Under the pieces are notes generated by a model. It worked only from the letters and a program-made list of their open reading frames with translations. It was not told the origin of the DNA and searched no databases. Below, in pieces: positions 29,909 through 40,216 of a stretch of 64,000 bases of DNA. Position numbers and translations under genes: made by a program. Origin of the DNA: an uncultured Spirochaetota bacterium. Lineage in GTDB: Bacteria > Spirochaetota > Brevinematia > Brevinematales > JAOACQ01. Position 1 is the stretch's first letter, and every line of letters begins with the position of its first letter. The stretch is taken from the NCBI GenBank assembly GCA_963835575.1, contig CAWIGG010000002.1, positions 1,536,001 through 1,600,000 of the forward strand, written 5' to 3'.

Positions 29909-30904
29909 GTGTATAATATTAATTCTTTCTATTCAGGCAATAAAGAAGAAGGTTCAGTGCTCATAACGGCTGAAATCGGGATAAATCATCAAGGAAATCC
30001 CGATTTTGCCAGACGTCTTATCGAAGCGGCCAAAAAAAGCGGCGCGGATGCCGTTAAATTTCAGATCTACAAAACAGAAAATTTTTATAACAGATCCCTT
30101 GCCCCTGATGCATTCGAACTCTTTAAAAGCTTTGAAATGAGCTATGATGATTTTTATAAATTAAATGAGTTCAGCCGGTCGCTTGATATCCTGTTTTACG
30201 CCACGCCTCTCGATCCCGATTCTCTTGATTTTCTTGAGAGCATCCAGTCCCCGATCATTAAAGTGGCCAGCTCTGATATAACAAACGAACCTTTTCTCTT
30301 CAGCATTTCCCAAAAAGCTAAAGCAAGGAAATTCCTGACTATTCTATCCACAGGTTTTGTCGGCTTGAATAAAATTAAAAAAGCTGTCCGGTTCTTCCGG
30401 TCACCTCTGGCCCTGTTGTACTGTGTTTCAAAATACCCGGCCTTTCCTGAGGATATGGATTTAAATTTCATCAAAGCATTAAAAAAAAGCTTTAATTTAC
30501 CCGTCGGTTTTTCCGATCATTCATCCGGCATTGTTCTTTCACTCGGAGCCGCGGCGCTGGAAGCAAAACTCATTGAACGCCATTTTACGACGGATAATTC
30601 CTTAAAAGGAGCGGACCATTCCATTTCGCTTAATCCGGAGGTCTTTAGGGAAATGGTCCAAAGTATCAGAACTTTAGAAAAAACCCTTGGGTCTGGTATT
30701 AAAAAAATCACCCAGTTTGAAAAAGATATATCCTTCAATTCCATGCGGAGTATGTACGCGGCAAAGGAAATATCAAAAAATGAAAAAATCAAAAAGAGCG
30801 ATATATTACTTCTACGGCCCGGGAACGGCGTTTTATTAAATGATTATAATAAAACCATCAACATAAAAGCGAAGAGGCGCATTGGAATATATGAAAAAAT
30901 TTAG
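29909..30904 (+). CDS. N-acetylneuraminate synthase family (NeuB/PseI/SpsE) with SAF domain
   Basis: AEIGINHQG, ADAVKFQ, KVASSD, CVSKYPA, GFSDHS, IERHFT, RPGNG. Confidence 0.9.
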   Translation: MYNINSFYSGNKEEGSVLITAEIGINHQGNPDFARRLIEAAKKSGADAVKFQIYKTENFYNRSLAPDAFELFKSFEMSYDDFYKLNEFSRSLDILFYATPLDPDSLDFLESIQSPIIKVASSDITNEPFLFSISQKAKARKFLTILSTGFVGLNKIKKAVRFFRSPLALLYCVSKYPAFPEDMDLNFIKALKKSFNLPVGFSDHSSGIVLSLGAAALEAKLIERHFTTDNSLKGADHSISLNPEVFREMVQSIRTLEKTLGSGIKKITQFEKDISFNSMRSMYAAKEISKNEKIKKSDILLLRPGNGVLLNDYNKTINIKAKRRIGIYEKI

Positions 30905-31832
30905 CATTCCCATAAAAAATGCTAATGAAGATTTTATCTTAACTAATAATCTCTGGCTGACAATTAATGATAAAAAAAGCAACTATTCAATTATTAAAAA
31001 AGACAACATTTCCGAACTCTTTATCGGATTAACTCTCAACACCAATACTTCTATGGATATCACCTTACCGTCAGACAATCTGGAAAATCTATATACCAGA
31101 ATGTCTGACGGAATACCGCAGGCTTCTTTTTTATATATGAATTCAGATGAAAACCGCCTCCTCTGCAGCTCTCCTCTTGATGCTCATTTCCTTCTTTTTA
31201 AACACGAACAAAAATCCATAGTCAACTTAAATAAAGAAAACTCCCGGGTTAATAATGATGAAGACGATGTTCTTATCGTATTCAGCCGGGAAATATCACC
31301 GCATGATATGGAGAATATACAAAATTTAATCCAAAAGAAAAAGTGTTTAACTTATAATCTGATTAAAAACATTTCCTCTCTATTCGAAACTGCCAAACAT
31401 AATACTATTCCCCTTATTATAATAGAAAAATCACCGCATTCCGCTCATACATTTTCAATTAAATCTTCACTCAAGACTATTAACATGACAATCGACATGA
31501 TAAAAAACAAAGTGCTCCAATATCACTCTAAAAAAATATGGCAAATTGAAACTGTTCTTCATGAGGCCCTTGTTAACGCCATTACATATGGAAATGAACT
31601 GGATTCAAATAAATTGGTGCTCATGAGCTATGAAATCGGGACAAAAGGCCTCCGTATCATCATCAAGGACTGCGGGGACGGGTTTGATGTCAATAATATA
31701 TCTGTTCCAGTGGGCGTCGAAGCTTTAGAAAGAATTTCCGGCAGAGGGATTTATATCATGAAGAAATTCTCTGATGCCATTTTCTATAACCAGCAGGGAA
31801 ATGAATTGATACTTTTTTTCAGCTTTGTTTAA
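30891..31832 (+). CDS. Protein with C-terminal RsbW-like (anti-sigma) ATPase domain
   Basis: HEALVNAITYGN, DCGDGFD, SGRGIYIM, GNE motifs. Confidence 0.75.
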   Translation: MKKFSIPIKNANEDFILTNNLWLTINDKKSNYSIIKKDNISELFIGLTLNTNTSMDITLPSDNLENLYTRMSDGIPQASFLYMNSDENRLLCSSPLDAHFLLFKHEQKSIVNLNKENSRVNNDEDDVLIVFSREISPHDMENIQNLIQKKKCLTYNLIKNISSLFETAKHNTIPLIIIEKSPHSAHTFSIKSSLKTINMTIDMIKNKVLQYHSKKIWQIETVLHEALVNAITYGNELDSNKLVLMSYEIGTKGLRIIIKDCGDGFDVNNISVPVGVEALERISGRGIYIMKKFSDAIFYNQQGNELILFFSFV

Positions 31833-31952
31833 ATCTGAAAAAACTGAAAATCTCTCAAAAAATTTTTCGGTTTAGGATTGAGAATTCATATTATTCTTTG
31901 ATTATTTTATGACTTTATGTTAAAATCTTCATAATTCAATATGGAGGTGGTT

Positions 31953-32135
31953 ATGGCTGTTGTTATTGATCAGGAAACCTGTATCGGCTGCGGCGTTTGC
32001 GAAAGCGTATATCCCGATCTCTTCGAAATGACCGGTGATGGAAAAGCCGCAGTTAAGAATCTATCCGCATATGACAAAGCTCTGGCGCAGGACGCTGCTA
32101 ATCAATGCCCTGTAAACTGCATCACTATCAGCTAG
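31953..32135 (+). CDS. Ferredoxin (single cluster)
   Basis: CIGCGVC...CPVNCI; GGAGG RBS. Confidence 0.9.
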   Translation: MAVVIDQETCIGCGVCESVYPDLFEMTGDGKAAVKNLSAYDKALAQDAANQCPVNCITIS

Positions 32136-32140
32136 AATAA

Positions 32141-32174
32141 AAAACCGGCCATCTATTAACTGATGTCCGGTTTT
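32141..32174 (+). terminator. Hairpin after ferredoxin, putative terminator
   Basis: AAAACCGGCCATC-loop-GATGTCCGGTTTT. Confidence 0.45.
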
Positions 32175-32197
32175 CATTTAATAGAGGGAGGAAATAT

Positions 32198-33793
32198 ATG
32201 ACTTTTAAAGTTCTTGTTACAGACAAACTGGATAAGGAAGGCGTAGAGCTGTTGAAATCCTATAAAGACCTGGAAGTAATAGAAAAGGAAACATTAAAAG
32301 GCGATGCGCTGAAAGCTGAGCTGAAAGGTTATGATGCCATTATTGTCCGCAGCGACACAAAATTAACTAAAGATGTCCTGCAGGCTTCTGAAGGTTTAAA
32401 AGTCATATCAAGAGCGGGCGTCGGCGTTGATAATATTGATGTGCCGACTGCCACAGAAAAAGGCATTGTCGTGATGAACGCCCCGATGGGGAATACGATC
32501 TCGACAGCCGAATATACATTCGCGATGATGATTTCCCTTGCCAGAAAGATCCCTTTTGCCCACCTCAAAACAGCTATGCAGAAGGAATGGGATAGAAAAA
32601 GCTTTAAAGGAGTCGAGCTCCTTGGAAAAAAGCTCGGTATTATCGGATTAGGCAGAATCGGAACGGAAGTGGCGAAAAGAGCCCGGGCCTTTGAAATGAA
32701 GATTCTTGCCTATGATCCCTTTGTTTCTGAAGAATTCGCCGCGCAGATGGGCATAGAGCTGTGCACGCTGGAAAAAATCTATAAAGAAAGCGATTTTATC
32801 ACGATCCATACTCCCCTGACAGAGCAGACAAAAGGAATGATCGGCAAAAAAGAAATAGAGACAATGAAGAAATCCGTGCGGCTTATTAACTGCGCACGCG
32901 GCGGGATTATTGATGAGACAGCCCTCGCGGAAGCTTTAAAATCAGGAAGGGTCGCGGGAGCGGCAATAGACGTTTACTCAAAAGAACCCCCCCTCGATCC
33001 GCTGAATCCGCTTTTTGAAGCTCCCAATTGTATTTTAAATCCCCATCTCGGCGCCTCAACTTCCGAAGCGCAGTTTAATGTCGCTGTCGAAAGCGCCCAG
33101 ACTGTGGCAAATTTCCTGCTTCATGGAATGGTGGTCAATGCGGTCAATATGCCCTCAATCAGCAAGGAAGAATTTGAAAATTTGAAAGGTTATATTATTT
33201 TATCTGAAAAAATGGGCTCAATGATATCCCAGTGTATTGAAGGGCAGATTGAGGAAGTGACCATGACCGCCGCCGGCGATATAAAAGAAAAAGATCTGTC
33301 GCTTATCACAAGAGCGGCTTTAAAAGGCCTCTTTCAGAATTTTCTGGGCGACACAGTCAATTATGTTAATTCAACGGCAACTGCCAAATCACGGGGTATA
33401 AAGGTCAGACAGGAAAATGATGAGATTGAAACCGAATACTCAAATCTTCTTTCAATTACGATTAAAAGCGATAAAGAAACCATGAACCTCTGGGGAACTG
33501 TTTATTCAGGAAATCATGGAAAGATAGTGAAATTTAACAATTATTTCTTTGAAATAAACCCGAAGGGAACGCTGATTGTTCTGACAAATGAGGATAAGCC
33601 CGGCGTTATCGGAAAAATCGGCACAATCATGGGCGAAAACAAGATCAACATCGCCAGCATGCATGTTTCAAGAAACAGTACAGACGGCATTGCCCTGACA
33701 ATTCTGAATATTGATTCTGCTATTAAAGAAGAAATTTTAAAACTCCTGCAGAAGGTCCCGGAAATCACTAAACTGAAAATCATTAAATTATAA
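32198..33793 (+). CDS. serA: D-3-phosphoglycerate dehydrogenase (long form with ACT domain)
   Basis: RAGVGVDNID, GLGRIG, NCARGG, PHLGAST, C-terminal DKPGVIG ACT. Confidence 0.93.
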   Translation: MTFKVLVTDKLDKEGVELLKSYKDLEVIEKETLKGDALKAELKGYDAIIVRSDTKLTKDVLQASEGLKVISRAGVGVDNIDVPTATEKGIVVMNAPMGNTISTAEYTFAMMISLARKIPFAHLKTAMQKEWDRKSFKGVELLGKKLGIIGLGRIGTEVAKRARAFEMKILAYDPFVSEEFAAQMGIELCTLEKIYKESDFITIHTPLTEQTKGMIGKKEIETMKKSVRLINCARGGIIDETALAEALKSGRVAGAAIDVYSKEPPLDPLNPLFEAPNCILNPHLGASTSEAQFNVAVESAQTVANFLLHGMVVNAVNMPSISKEEFENLKGYIILSEKMGSMISQCIEGQIEEVTMTAAGDIKEKDLSLITRAALKGLFQNFLGDTVNYVNSTATAKSRGIKVRQENDEIETEYSNLLSITIKSDKETMNLWGTVYSGNHGKIVKFNNYFFEINPKGTLIVLTNEDKPGVIGKIGTIMGENKINIASMHVSRNSTDGIALTILNIDSAIKEEILKLLQKVPEITKLKIIKL

Positions 33794-33822
33794 TCCGTTC
33801 AAGGAATGAAAAAGAGGCCGGT

Positions 33823-34464
33823 ATGAATACAACTTCAATGAAGGAATTGATTAAGCAGGAAAAGCTTGTTCCGATCCTGCGGACCAACTCGCCGGAAGTT
33901 GTTTTACCCATAGCTCAATCGGTTGTGGATGCCGGCTGCTGCATTCTTGAATATACAATGACAATTCATGGAATCATCAAGGAAATAGGGAAAGTCAAAT
34001 CAAAATACCCTGATCTCATCATCGGGCTGGGAACAGTATTGGAGAAGAAAGACGCCGAAGAAGCCATTCAAAACGGCGTCGATTTTATAGTCAGCCCGAT
34101 CCTCAATTACGATATTGTAGATGTTGTGAAATCGAAGGACAAAATGATCATGCTCTCGGGGTTCACCCCTACGGAGATATATAACGCCTATAAAGCCGGC
34201 TCCGATATCATAAAGCTTTTTCCCGCCAGCGAAATGGCGCCGACTTTCATACAAAAACTCAAAGGGCCTTTCCCCTTTATCGAAGTATTCCCGACCGGAG
34301 GTCTGGACTTGATATCAGCCATCCAGTTCCTTTCTTACGGCGCTATCGCGGTTGGAATGGGCAATACAGTATTTAAAACTGAATTGATAAAAAACAAGAA
34401 CTTTCAAGAAATAACCTGTCTGTTAAAGAATGCCTATCATAGAATAAAAAACATGGAAATATGA
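33823..34464 (+). CDS. eda: KDPG/KHG aldolase
   Basis: GLGTVL, FIVSP, TPTEI, KLFPA, PTGG. Confidence 0.85.
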   Translation: MNTTSMKELIKQEKLVPILRTNSPEVVLPIAQSVVDAGCCILEYTMTIHGIIKEIGKVKSKYPDLIIGLGTVLEKKDAEEAIQNGVDFIVSPILNYDIVDVVKSKDKMIMLSGFTPTEIYNAYKAGSDIIKLFPASEMAPTFIQKLKGPFPFIEVFPTGGLDLISAIQFLSYGAIAVGMGNTVFKTELIKNKNFQEITCLLKNAYHRIKNMEI

Positions 34465-34634
34465 TTTGATTATTTCTGAATCCGCCCTTTGGCAGATAAA
34501 TTCAGAATATAATCTTCCCGCTATTGACTTTCAACTTCTGCTTTAGCATAATAATATAGTTTAATTTTCTTTCAGGATTGTTACAAAAGCTTTGATTTTT
34601 GGAACAGGCTGTAATTTTTATAAAAAGGGTTTTT

Positions 34635-35705
34635 ATGGCAAAAAAAATGAAGATCGGTATCCTGACATCAGGCGGGGATTGCCCGGGGCTCAATGCCGCT
34701 ATCCGCGGCGTCGGAAAAACAGCCCTGCTCAATCATGGAATGAGTGTCATAGGCATTACATCCGGATTCCACGGACTTATCTATAACGAGACCGTCGAGC
34801 TTGATGAAAGGAAACTCTCGGGTATATTAACTGTCGGAGGAACAATCCTCGGCACATCGAGGGAAAAACCCTTTAAAACAACTGACTCAAAGGAAGCTTT
34901 AAACAAACCGGAGACCATCAAGAAAAATTATGATCTGCTCGGCCTTGACTGCCTGGTCTGCATCGGAGGCAATGGAACGCAAAAAACCGCTTATAAGCTG
35001 TCAAAAGAGGGTTTAAATATTATTGGAGTCCCGAAAACAATTGATAACGATGTCTGGGGCACTGATTTCTCGTTCGGCTTTGATTCGGCGATGTGCATAG
35101 CCACGGAAGCGCTGGATAGACTGCATACGACAGCCAATTCGCATAAAAGAATCATGGTAATGGAAGTAATGGGCCATCATGCCGGCTGGCTTGCACTCTA
35201 CTCCGGGATCTCCGGAGGCGGCGATGTGATCCTCATACCGGAAATCGAGTATGATATTCAGATCATTGCAAAATACCTGGAAAAAAGAGCTGCCACGGGA
35301 AAACCTTACTCGATCGTAGTTGTAGCGGAGGGGGTTTCCATTCCGGATACCGCTGTCTACAAAGACCAGAAAGGGGAATGTTTTTTCAGGACATCCCCCT
35401 GCGGCTACATCGCCCGTAAAATTGAAAGCATGACAGGATTGGAAACCAGAGAAACTATTTTAGGTTATATTCAGAGGGGCGGCACGCCCTCGCCCCGGGA
35501 CAGGATATTGGCCACACGTCTTGGCACTCATGCGGCGGAACTGATCGCCAGGAAAAAATATAACCGTATGGTAGCGCTGAATGGCATGGATATTACATCT
35601 GTACCGCTGGAAGATGTGGCCGGTAAAATTAAAACAGTCCCTCTTGATGATCCGCTGATCAAAGAAGCCCGCCTGATCGATACCTGCTTCGGGGATAAGC
35701 TGTAA
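34635..35705 (+). CDS. pfkA: 6-phosphofructokinase
   Basis: GILTSGGDCPGLNAAIR, GGTILGTSR, PKTIDND, EVMG, LGYIQRGG; TTGACT-17-CATAAT upstream at 34524-34552. Confidence 0.93.
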   Translation: MAKKMKIGILTSGGDCPGLNAAIRGVGKTALLNHGMSVIGITSGFHGLIYNETVELDERKLSGILTVGGTILGTSREKPFKTTDSKEALNKPETIKKNYDLLGLDCLVCIGGNGTQKTAYKLSKEGLNIIGVPKTIDNDVWGTDFSFGFDSAMCIATEALDRLHTTANSHKRIMVMEVMGHHAGWLALYSGISGGGDVILIPEIEYDIQIIAKYLEKRAATGKPYSIVVVAEGVSIPDTAVYKDQKGECFFRTSPCGYIARKIESMTGLETRETILGYIQRGGTPSPRDRILATRLGTHAAELIARKKYNRMVALNGMDITSVPLEDVAGKIKTVPLDDPLIKEARLIDTCFGDKL

Positions 35706-35741
35706 AATAACACCCTGAAACACCAACTAAATAGGTTTTTT

Positions 35742-35856
35742 CCCGCGAATCACGCGAATCTGGTCAAATTTATATTTGTTATTATGAGCAGGTTTTACAA
35801 CGAACACAAATTAATCTCATTCTTACCTATTCGTGTCTATTAGCTTCATTAGCGGG
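35742..35856. repeat. Repeat family B copy 3
   Basis: CCCGCGAAT-CACGCGAAT ... ATTCGTGTCT-ATTAGCTTC-ATTAGCGGG. Confidence 0.65.
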
Positions 35857-35923
35857 TATTTTCCCATTTCGTGTCCATCCGCCTGGAATTAGAGGAATAT
35901 TTGGCAGGTTTTTTATTTTCGGT

Positions 35924-37216
35924 TTAAGTTTTCGCTTTTTTAAAAATATAAATCGAAGTGATCGCGAGAAATACCGTGCCCATTAATGCCCCCATTTCCG
36001 GTGTAATATTTCCTTTGCCGGCCAGCGAAATACCTATTGAGAAAAAGAGGTAATACACAACAAAAAGGGCCATGCTGAGCATCAGATTAATGATAAAGGA
36101 ATATTTTCTGCGGGACATATCCACGATCCCGATCCCGGCCAGCACAACAAATATTATGCCCAGAGGATAGGTGAAATTCGACAGATACCTGGCCTTCTGT
36201 TCTTTATAATCCTGTTTAGACTTAACAAGCTTTTCAATATACCTGGCCCCTTCCTCATATGTCATCGCGTCTATCGCATACCAGACCCTTTCAAAATAAT
36301 AGGGGGGATCCGAAATGAAATCAAACGTTTCGTTTGTAAAAGCCCTGACAATAAAGCTTTCTCCCGCATTTTCTATAGTCCTGATAATACCATGTTCAAA
36401 AATCCATTTTCTTGCATTTAAATCCCATATGGCTTTATTCGCATCAATCCGTAAAGATATGTTGACATTTTCCGGATAGACAAGGTTCCTTTTTTTTGTC
36501 AGTTCTTCCGCATTGGTTATAAGCCACATATTCTGGTTAGAAATGTATTCCTCTGCTTTTCTATCATTATTATCATTTTTTAAACGGATAATTGTAATAT
36601 TTTCCATCTCGCTTGATACAGCATGATAATACCCGACAATATAGATCAGATTATTCGAGCCGAATACTGAGAAATTTTGATTGTCCTTCAAGGATACAAG
36701 GGCTTTCTGATCCACTTTATGGAATATAATCTGGTTTAGAATGTTTTTTTTCTGATTTGCAGGAAAGATAATTGCATTTTGAAAATATAAAATCATGAAT
36801 AAACAATAAATTACAGTAAAAAGCAAGGGATAAAAGCTGATCCTGTAAATACTTGTGCCGGTGCTGACAATAGCTGTTAATTCTTTAAATTGGGCCATTC
36901 TGCTTAAGACATAGACAGTAGCGAATAAAAAGGAAAAAGGCTGCAAAATACAGGTCCAGTAAACACCGTAAAAAAAATAATATTGAAATATAAGAAAAAC
37001 ATCCGTCCCGGGCGGAAGCCATCTTAATTCGGTAAAAATCTGGGTCAGAATATAAATGGAGATGAAAAAGAACAATGAAACTATAAAAGATGAAACGAAT
37101 ACAGTGAGGATATAACGGTCTAATACAGTGAAGCGATAATATTTCATTTTCTCTTTTATCTTATCAAGCATAGCCGGGAAATCTATTGTTATCATCTCCG
37201 GGATTTTTATATCCAT
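35924..37216 (-). CDS. LptF/LptG-family permease (LptG-like)
   Basis: LDRYIL N-terminus, ELTAIVSTGTS, 3+3 TM layout; start moved to ATG 37216. Confidence 0.8.
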   Translation of the reverse strand: MDIKIPEMITIDFPAMLDKIKEKMKYYRFTVLDRYILTVFVSSFIVSLFFFISIYILTQIFTELRWLPPGTDVFLIFQYYFFYGVYWTCILQPFSFLFATVYVLSRMAQFKELTAIVSTGTSIYRISFYPLLFTVIYCLFMILYFQNAIIFPANQKKNILNQIIFHKVDQKALVSLKDNQNFSVFGSNNLIYIVGYYHAVSSEMENITIIRLKNDNNDRKAEEYISNQNMWLITNAEELTKKRNLVYPENVNISLRIDANKAIWDLNARKWIFEHGIIRTIENAGESFIVRAFTNETFDFISDPPYYFERVWYAIDAMTYEEGARYIEKLVKSKQDYKEQKARYLSNFTYPLGIIFVVLAGIGIVDMSRRKYSFIINLMLSMALFVVYYLFFSIGISLAGKGNITPEMGALMGTVFLAITSIYIFKKAKT

Positions 37217-37221
37217 AATTG

Positions 37222-38565
37222 CTATTCCCTTATTTTTATAAAGAGGAGAATGAGACCGGCGGAAACAAATATTATATTGGGGATCCATTCAGTTACAGGC
37301 GGCAGTATTTGTTTCAAAATCAAATTCTCAGTTCCGACTTTCATCCCGTAGAAGAGGAGCATAATAATAATACTGAGCCCAAGCCCTTCATTTCTTCCGC
37401 TTCTTGCGGAAAACATACCGAGTGAAAGGCTGATGAGAGCGAAACCAAGCGACGCGATCGGCAGGGCGAATTTTTCATAAAGTTTCATAATGTAATAATT
37501 AGGAAGATTTTTTCTGTAATTTGAGATGTTTTTGTCAATAACATCTAATTCGGATTTGTATGTTTTTAATTTTTCCTCAAATTCTTTGCTCTTTTGAAGT
37601 ATTTCTTCTTTTGATAATTTAACCGTATCCAGAGAATATTTCTTTTTAAAATCTTCTACATCCTTTAAAAGCTTATCTTTATCCTTTATATAGGTATCGA
37701 TCTGGTTGAGAGAACTTTTTGACTGTGAGGCTATTTCCACGGCCAATTCCTTGAAAGTCATCGTATCCGGACCTTTAGTATAATATTCCTTCGGCAGACT
37801 CAGATAAGTATGTATTGAAAGAAACCTGAAAGAGGCCAGAAAAAACTTTTCATCTTCCTTATCTCCTCCCAATTTTGACTTGATCACTTCCGAAATACTG
37901 CCGTTCATAAACTTAAAAATATAGTGTTCCGGGTTTTCGGGATCAGTAAAAATCCTGCCCTTTTCAGCCTCTATGGTTTTCCTTCCGTTAATGTCAATTA
38001 TATGCACATTATAAAGTACATCCATATTATTTTCTATTGTGTTTTTTTCATAAACTATTTTATATCCGCCGATCTCAACAAATTTATTTTCCTTCAATTC
38101 AACGGCCGGTTTTTGAGCGATCAATTTAGCTCTCAGTTTAATGTAAGTAAGGTTGCTGGGAACTACTACTTTATCCATAAAAACAAAGGAAAAGAGAGTG
38201 ATGATAATACCCACGACCAGGCCCGGCCTTATAATCCTCATTGTTGAAATACCGCAGGACTTCATCGCAGTAATTTCGCTGTCCTGTGAAAAACGGCCCA
38301 GAGTGAGCAGATAGGCCGGCAGTATGCCGAACGGTATGGTTAAGGATAAGATAAAAGGGACCTCATTAATAAGAAGCATGAATACCTGCCCCAGGGGAAC
38401 ATTGTATTCAATATAAAACCGGATAAGAAAAAACAGTTCATTCAGCATCATTAGAATAGTGAAAAAGACCAGCCCGAACAAATAATTCGGCATAAGTTCT
38501 TGATAAAAATAATTATCTATTTTAGAAAAAAAGAGGCGCTTTAATGTTTTTCGAAGCTTTTCCAA
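37222..38565 (-). CDS. LptF/LptG-family permease (LptF-like)
   Basis: GRFSQDSEITAMKSCGIS, KFALP, WIPNI. Confidence 0.85.
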   Translation of the reverse strand: MEKLRKTLKRLFFSKIDNYFYQELMPNYLFGLVFFTILMMLNELFFLIRFYIEYNVPLGQVFMLLINEVPFILSLTIPFGILPAYLLTLGRFSQDSEITAMKSCGISTMRIIRPGLVVGIIITLFSFVFMDKVVVPSNLTYIKLRAKLIAQKPAVELKENKFVEIGGYKIVYEKNTIENNMDVLYNVHIIDINGRKTIEAEKGRIFTDPENPEHYIFKFMNGSISEVIKSKLGGDKEDEKFFLASFRFLSIHTYLSLPKEYYTKGPDTMTFKELAVEIASQSKSSLNQIDTYIKDKDKLLKDVEDFKKKYSLDTVKLSKEEILQKSKEFEEKLKTYKSELDVIDKNISNYRKNLPNYYIMKLYEKFALPIASLGFALISLSLGMFSARSGRNEGLGLSIIIMLLFYGMKVGTENLILKQILPPVTEWIPNIIFVSAGLILLFIKIRE

Positions 38566-38582
38566 GCCAATTCCCCCGTTAT

Positions 38583-39188
38583 TTAATTCGCAATATGCTT
38601 AAAAATAGACATAATAATATAGACAATGCTTATGACTAAAGTAAAGAGTGAAAACAAAAACGGCGTGAAATAAAGAACTACTGATCCGAAATTACTTATT
38701 ACGGAACAAAGCGCTATCGCTTTTATTTTTAATATTATATTGAATACTGTAACGATAAGGATAATCAGCCCGTAAATAATTGTAAAAACAGATGGAAAAT
38801 AAGAAAAAATAATTGAAAGAGGCAGTAAGACGACAAAAATAAAATCAGATGTCAGAAAAAGCCCGATCAATTCCCTTAATTCCGTTTTTTTATTGGATAA
38901 TGTAAGTAAAAAATAATAGATCGCCAGCGAGATAAAATATAAAAGATATATTATCAGGAGATAAAAAAATATATCAATCATAATACCTGACAAACTATTC
39001 CCGGCAGTATTTACCGATAACTTGTTGGACAGCAGCAGACAGACATTCCCCAGGAGGGATATCCAGAAAGAAAAAACAAGAATCTTTTTGTTTTCTTCGC
39101 TTTTGATTCCTTCCAGCATTTCTCTTAAGGTCTTAAAAGGATGAAAAAACAGCCTGGGTAAATAAGCCAAATAATTATAGAAATCCAT
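38583..39188 (-). CDS. Multi-pass membrane protein (Yip1-like)
   Basis: LFFHPFKT followed by about five TM helices. Confidence 0.5.
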   Translation of the reverse strand: MDFYNYLAYLPRLFFHPFKTLREMLEGIKSEENKKILVFSFWISLLGNVCLLLSNKLSVNTAGNSLSGIMIDIFFYLLIIYLLYFISLAIYYFLLTLSNKKTELRELIGLFLTSDFIFVVLLPLSIIFSYFPSVFTIIYGLIILIVTVFNIILKIKAIALCSVISNFGSVVLYFTPFLFSLFTLVISIVYIIMSIFKHIAN

Positions 39189-39199
39189 AATGCACCTGC

Positions 39200-40207
39200 C
39201 TAATATGTATAAAGATAAAATACCGGGCAATTATTATTGTCCAGCTCTTCAATGGGAGTCTTGATAATGCTGACCTTCTGAGTCCTGAGAGCTATATCAG
39301 ATAAAGAACCAAGGTATTTGAATATATTATTAATATCCGCTTTCAGTTCGACTACATTCGGCGTACCGCTTATCTTTGCCTTTTCCGCTGTAATCCTGAC
39401 AGTGTCTTCAAAATCGCCCAGTTCATCTACAAGCTTGTATTTTAGCGCCTGCCTTCCTGTAAAAATCCTGCCGTCCGCAATAGGAGCAAGCTTTTCAGAA
39501 GATATTTTTCTTCCCTTCGATACGGCCTGAAAAAACTGGCCGTAAGCGTCCATAATCAGCTGGGTCATGATTTCCCGCTCCTCGTCGGTCATTTTTCTAT
39601 AGCTGGACATCATATCCTTGTTCTTTCCGCTTTTAATGACATTATATCCAATCCCTATCTTTTTAAACAATTCAGACAGATCAAGGCCCGCTGAAATGAC
39701 GCCTATGCTGCCGACAATGCTTCCCGGGTTTGCAACAATATAATCAGCGGCGCTTGAAATATAATAAGCTCCTGAAGCCGCAAGGTCGCCAACCGATACT
39801 GTCACCACCTTCCCTTTTTCCCTCAAGCGCCTGATCTCATTATAAACTTCCTGGGTAGCCGCCACTGTCCCGCCGGGTGAATCGATCCTTAAAATCACCG
39901 CTTTGACATTGGGATTATATTCAATAGATTTCAGCAAGTCCACCCAGTATATAGCCCCGCTTCTCCTTATACCGAAATAATCGCTTTCATCACCGTAAGA
40001 AATAGGCGAAAAAATATTCAGAACGGCAATTGTATCCGCCTGGTAAAGAGAGGCGCCGATCAAACCGCGCTTCTTGTCTTTATTAAATAATACGCCCTCT
40101 TTTCTATCTTTATCTGAAGGGCCTATAACAAGTATCAGGACGCCTATTACAATTGAAATGAGCAAAAGACCCATTAAAATTCTTCCGCTTGTTTTTGTTC
40201 CTGTCAT
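39200..40207 (-). CDS. sppA: Signal peptide peptidase SppA (S49)
   Basis: [40 protein letters not shown]. Confidence 0.93.
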   Translation of the reverse strand: MTGTKTSGRILMGLLLISIVIGVLILVIGPSDKDRKEGVLFNKDKKRGLIGASLYQADTIAVLNIFSPISYGDESDYFGIRRSGAIYWVDLLKSIEYNPNVKAVILRIDSPGGTVAATQEVYNEIRRLREKGKVVTVSVGDLAASGAYYISSAADYIVANPGSIVGSIGVISAGLDLSELFKKIGIGYNVIKSGKNKDMMSSYRKMTDEEREIMTQLIMDAYGQFFQAVSKGRKISSEKLAPIADGRIFTGRQALKYKLVDELGDFEDTVRITAEKAKISGTPNVVELKADINNIFKYLGSLSDIALRTQKVSIIKTPIEELDNNNCPVFYLYTY

Positions 40208-40216
40208 AACATACTC

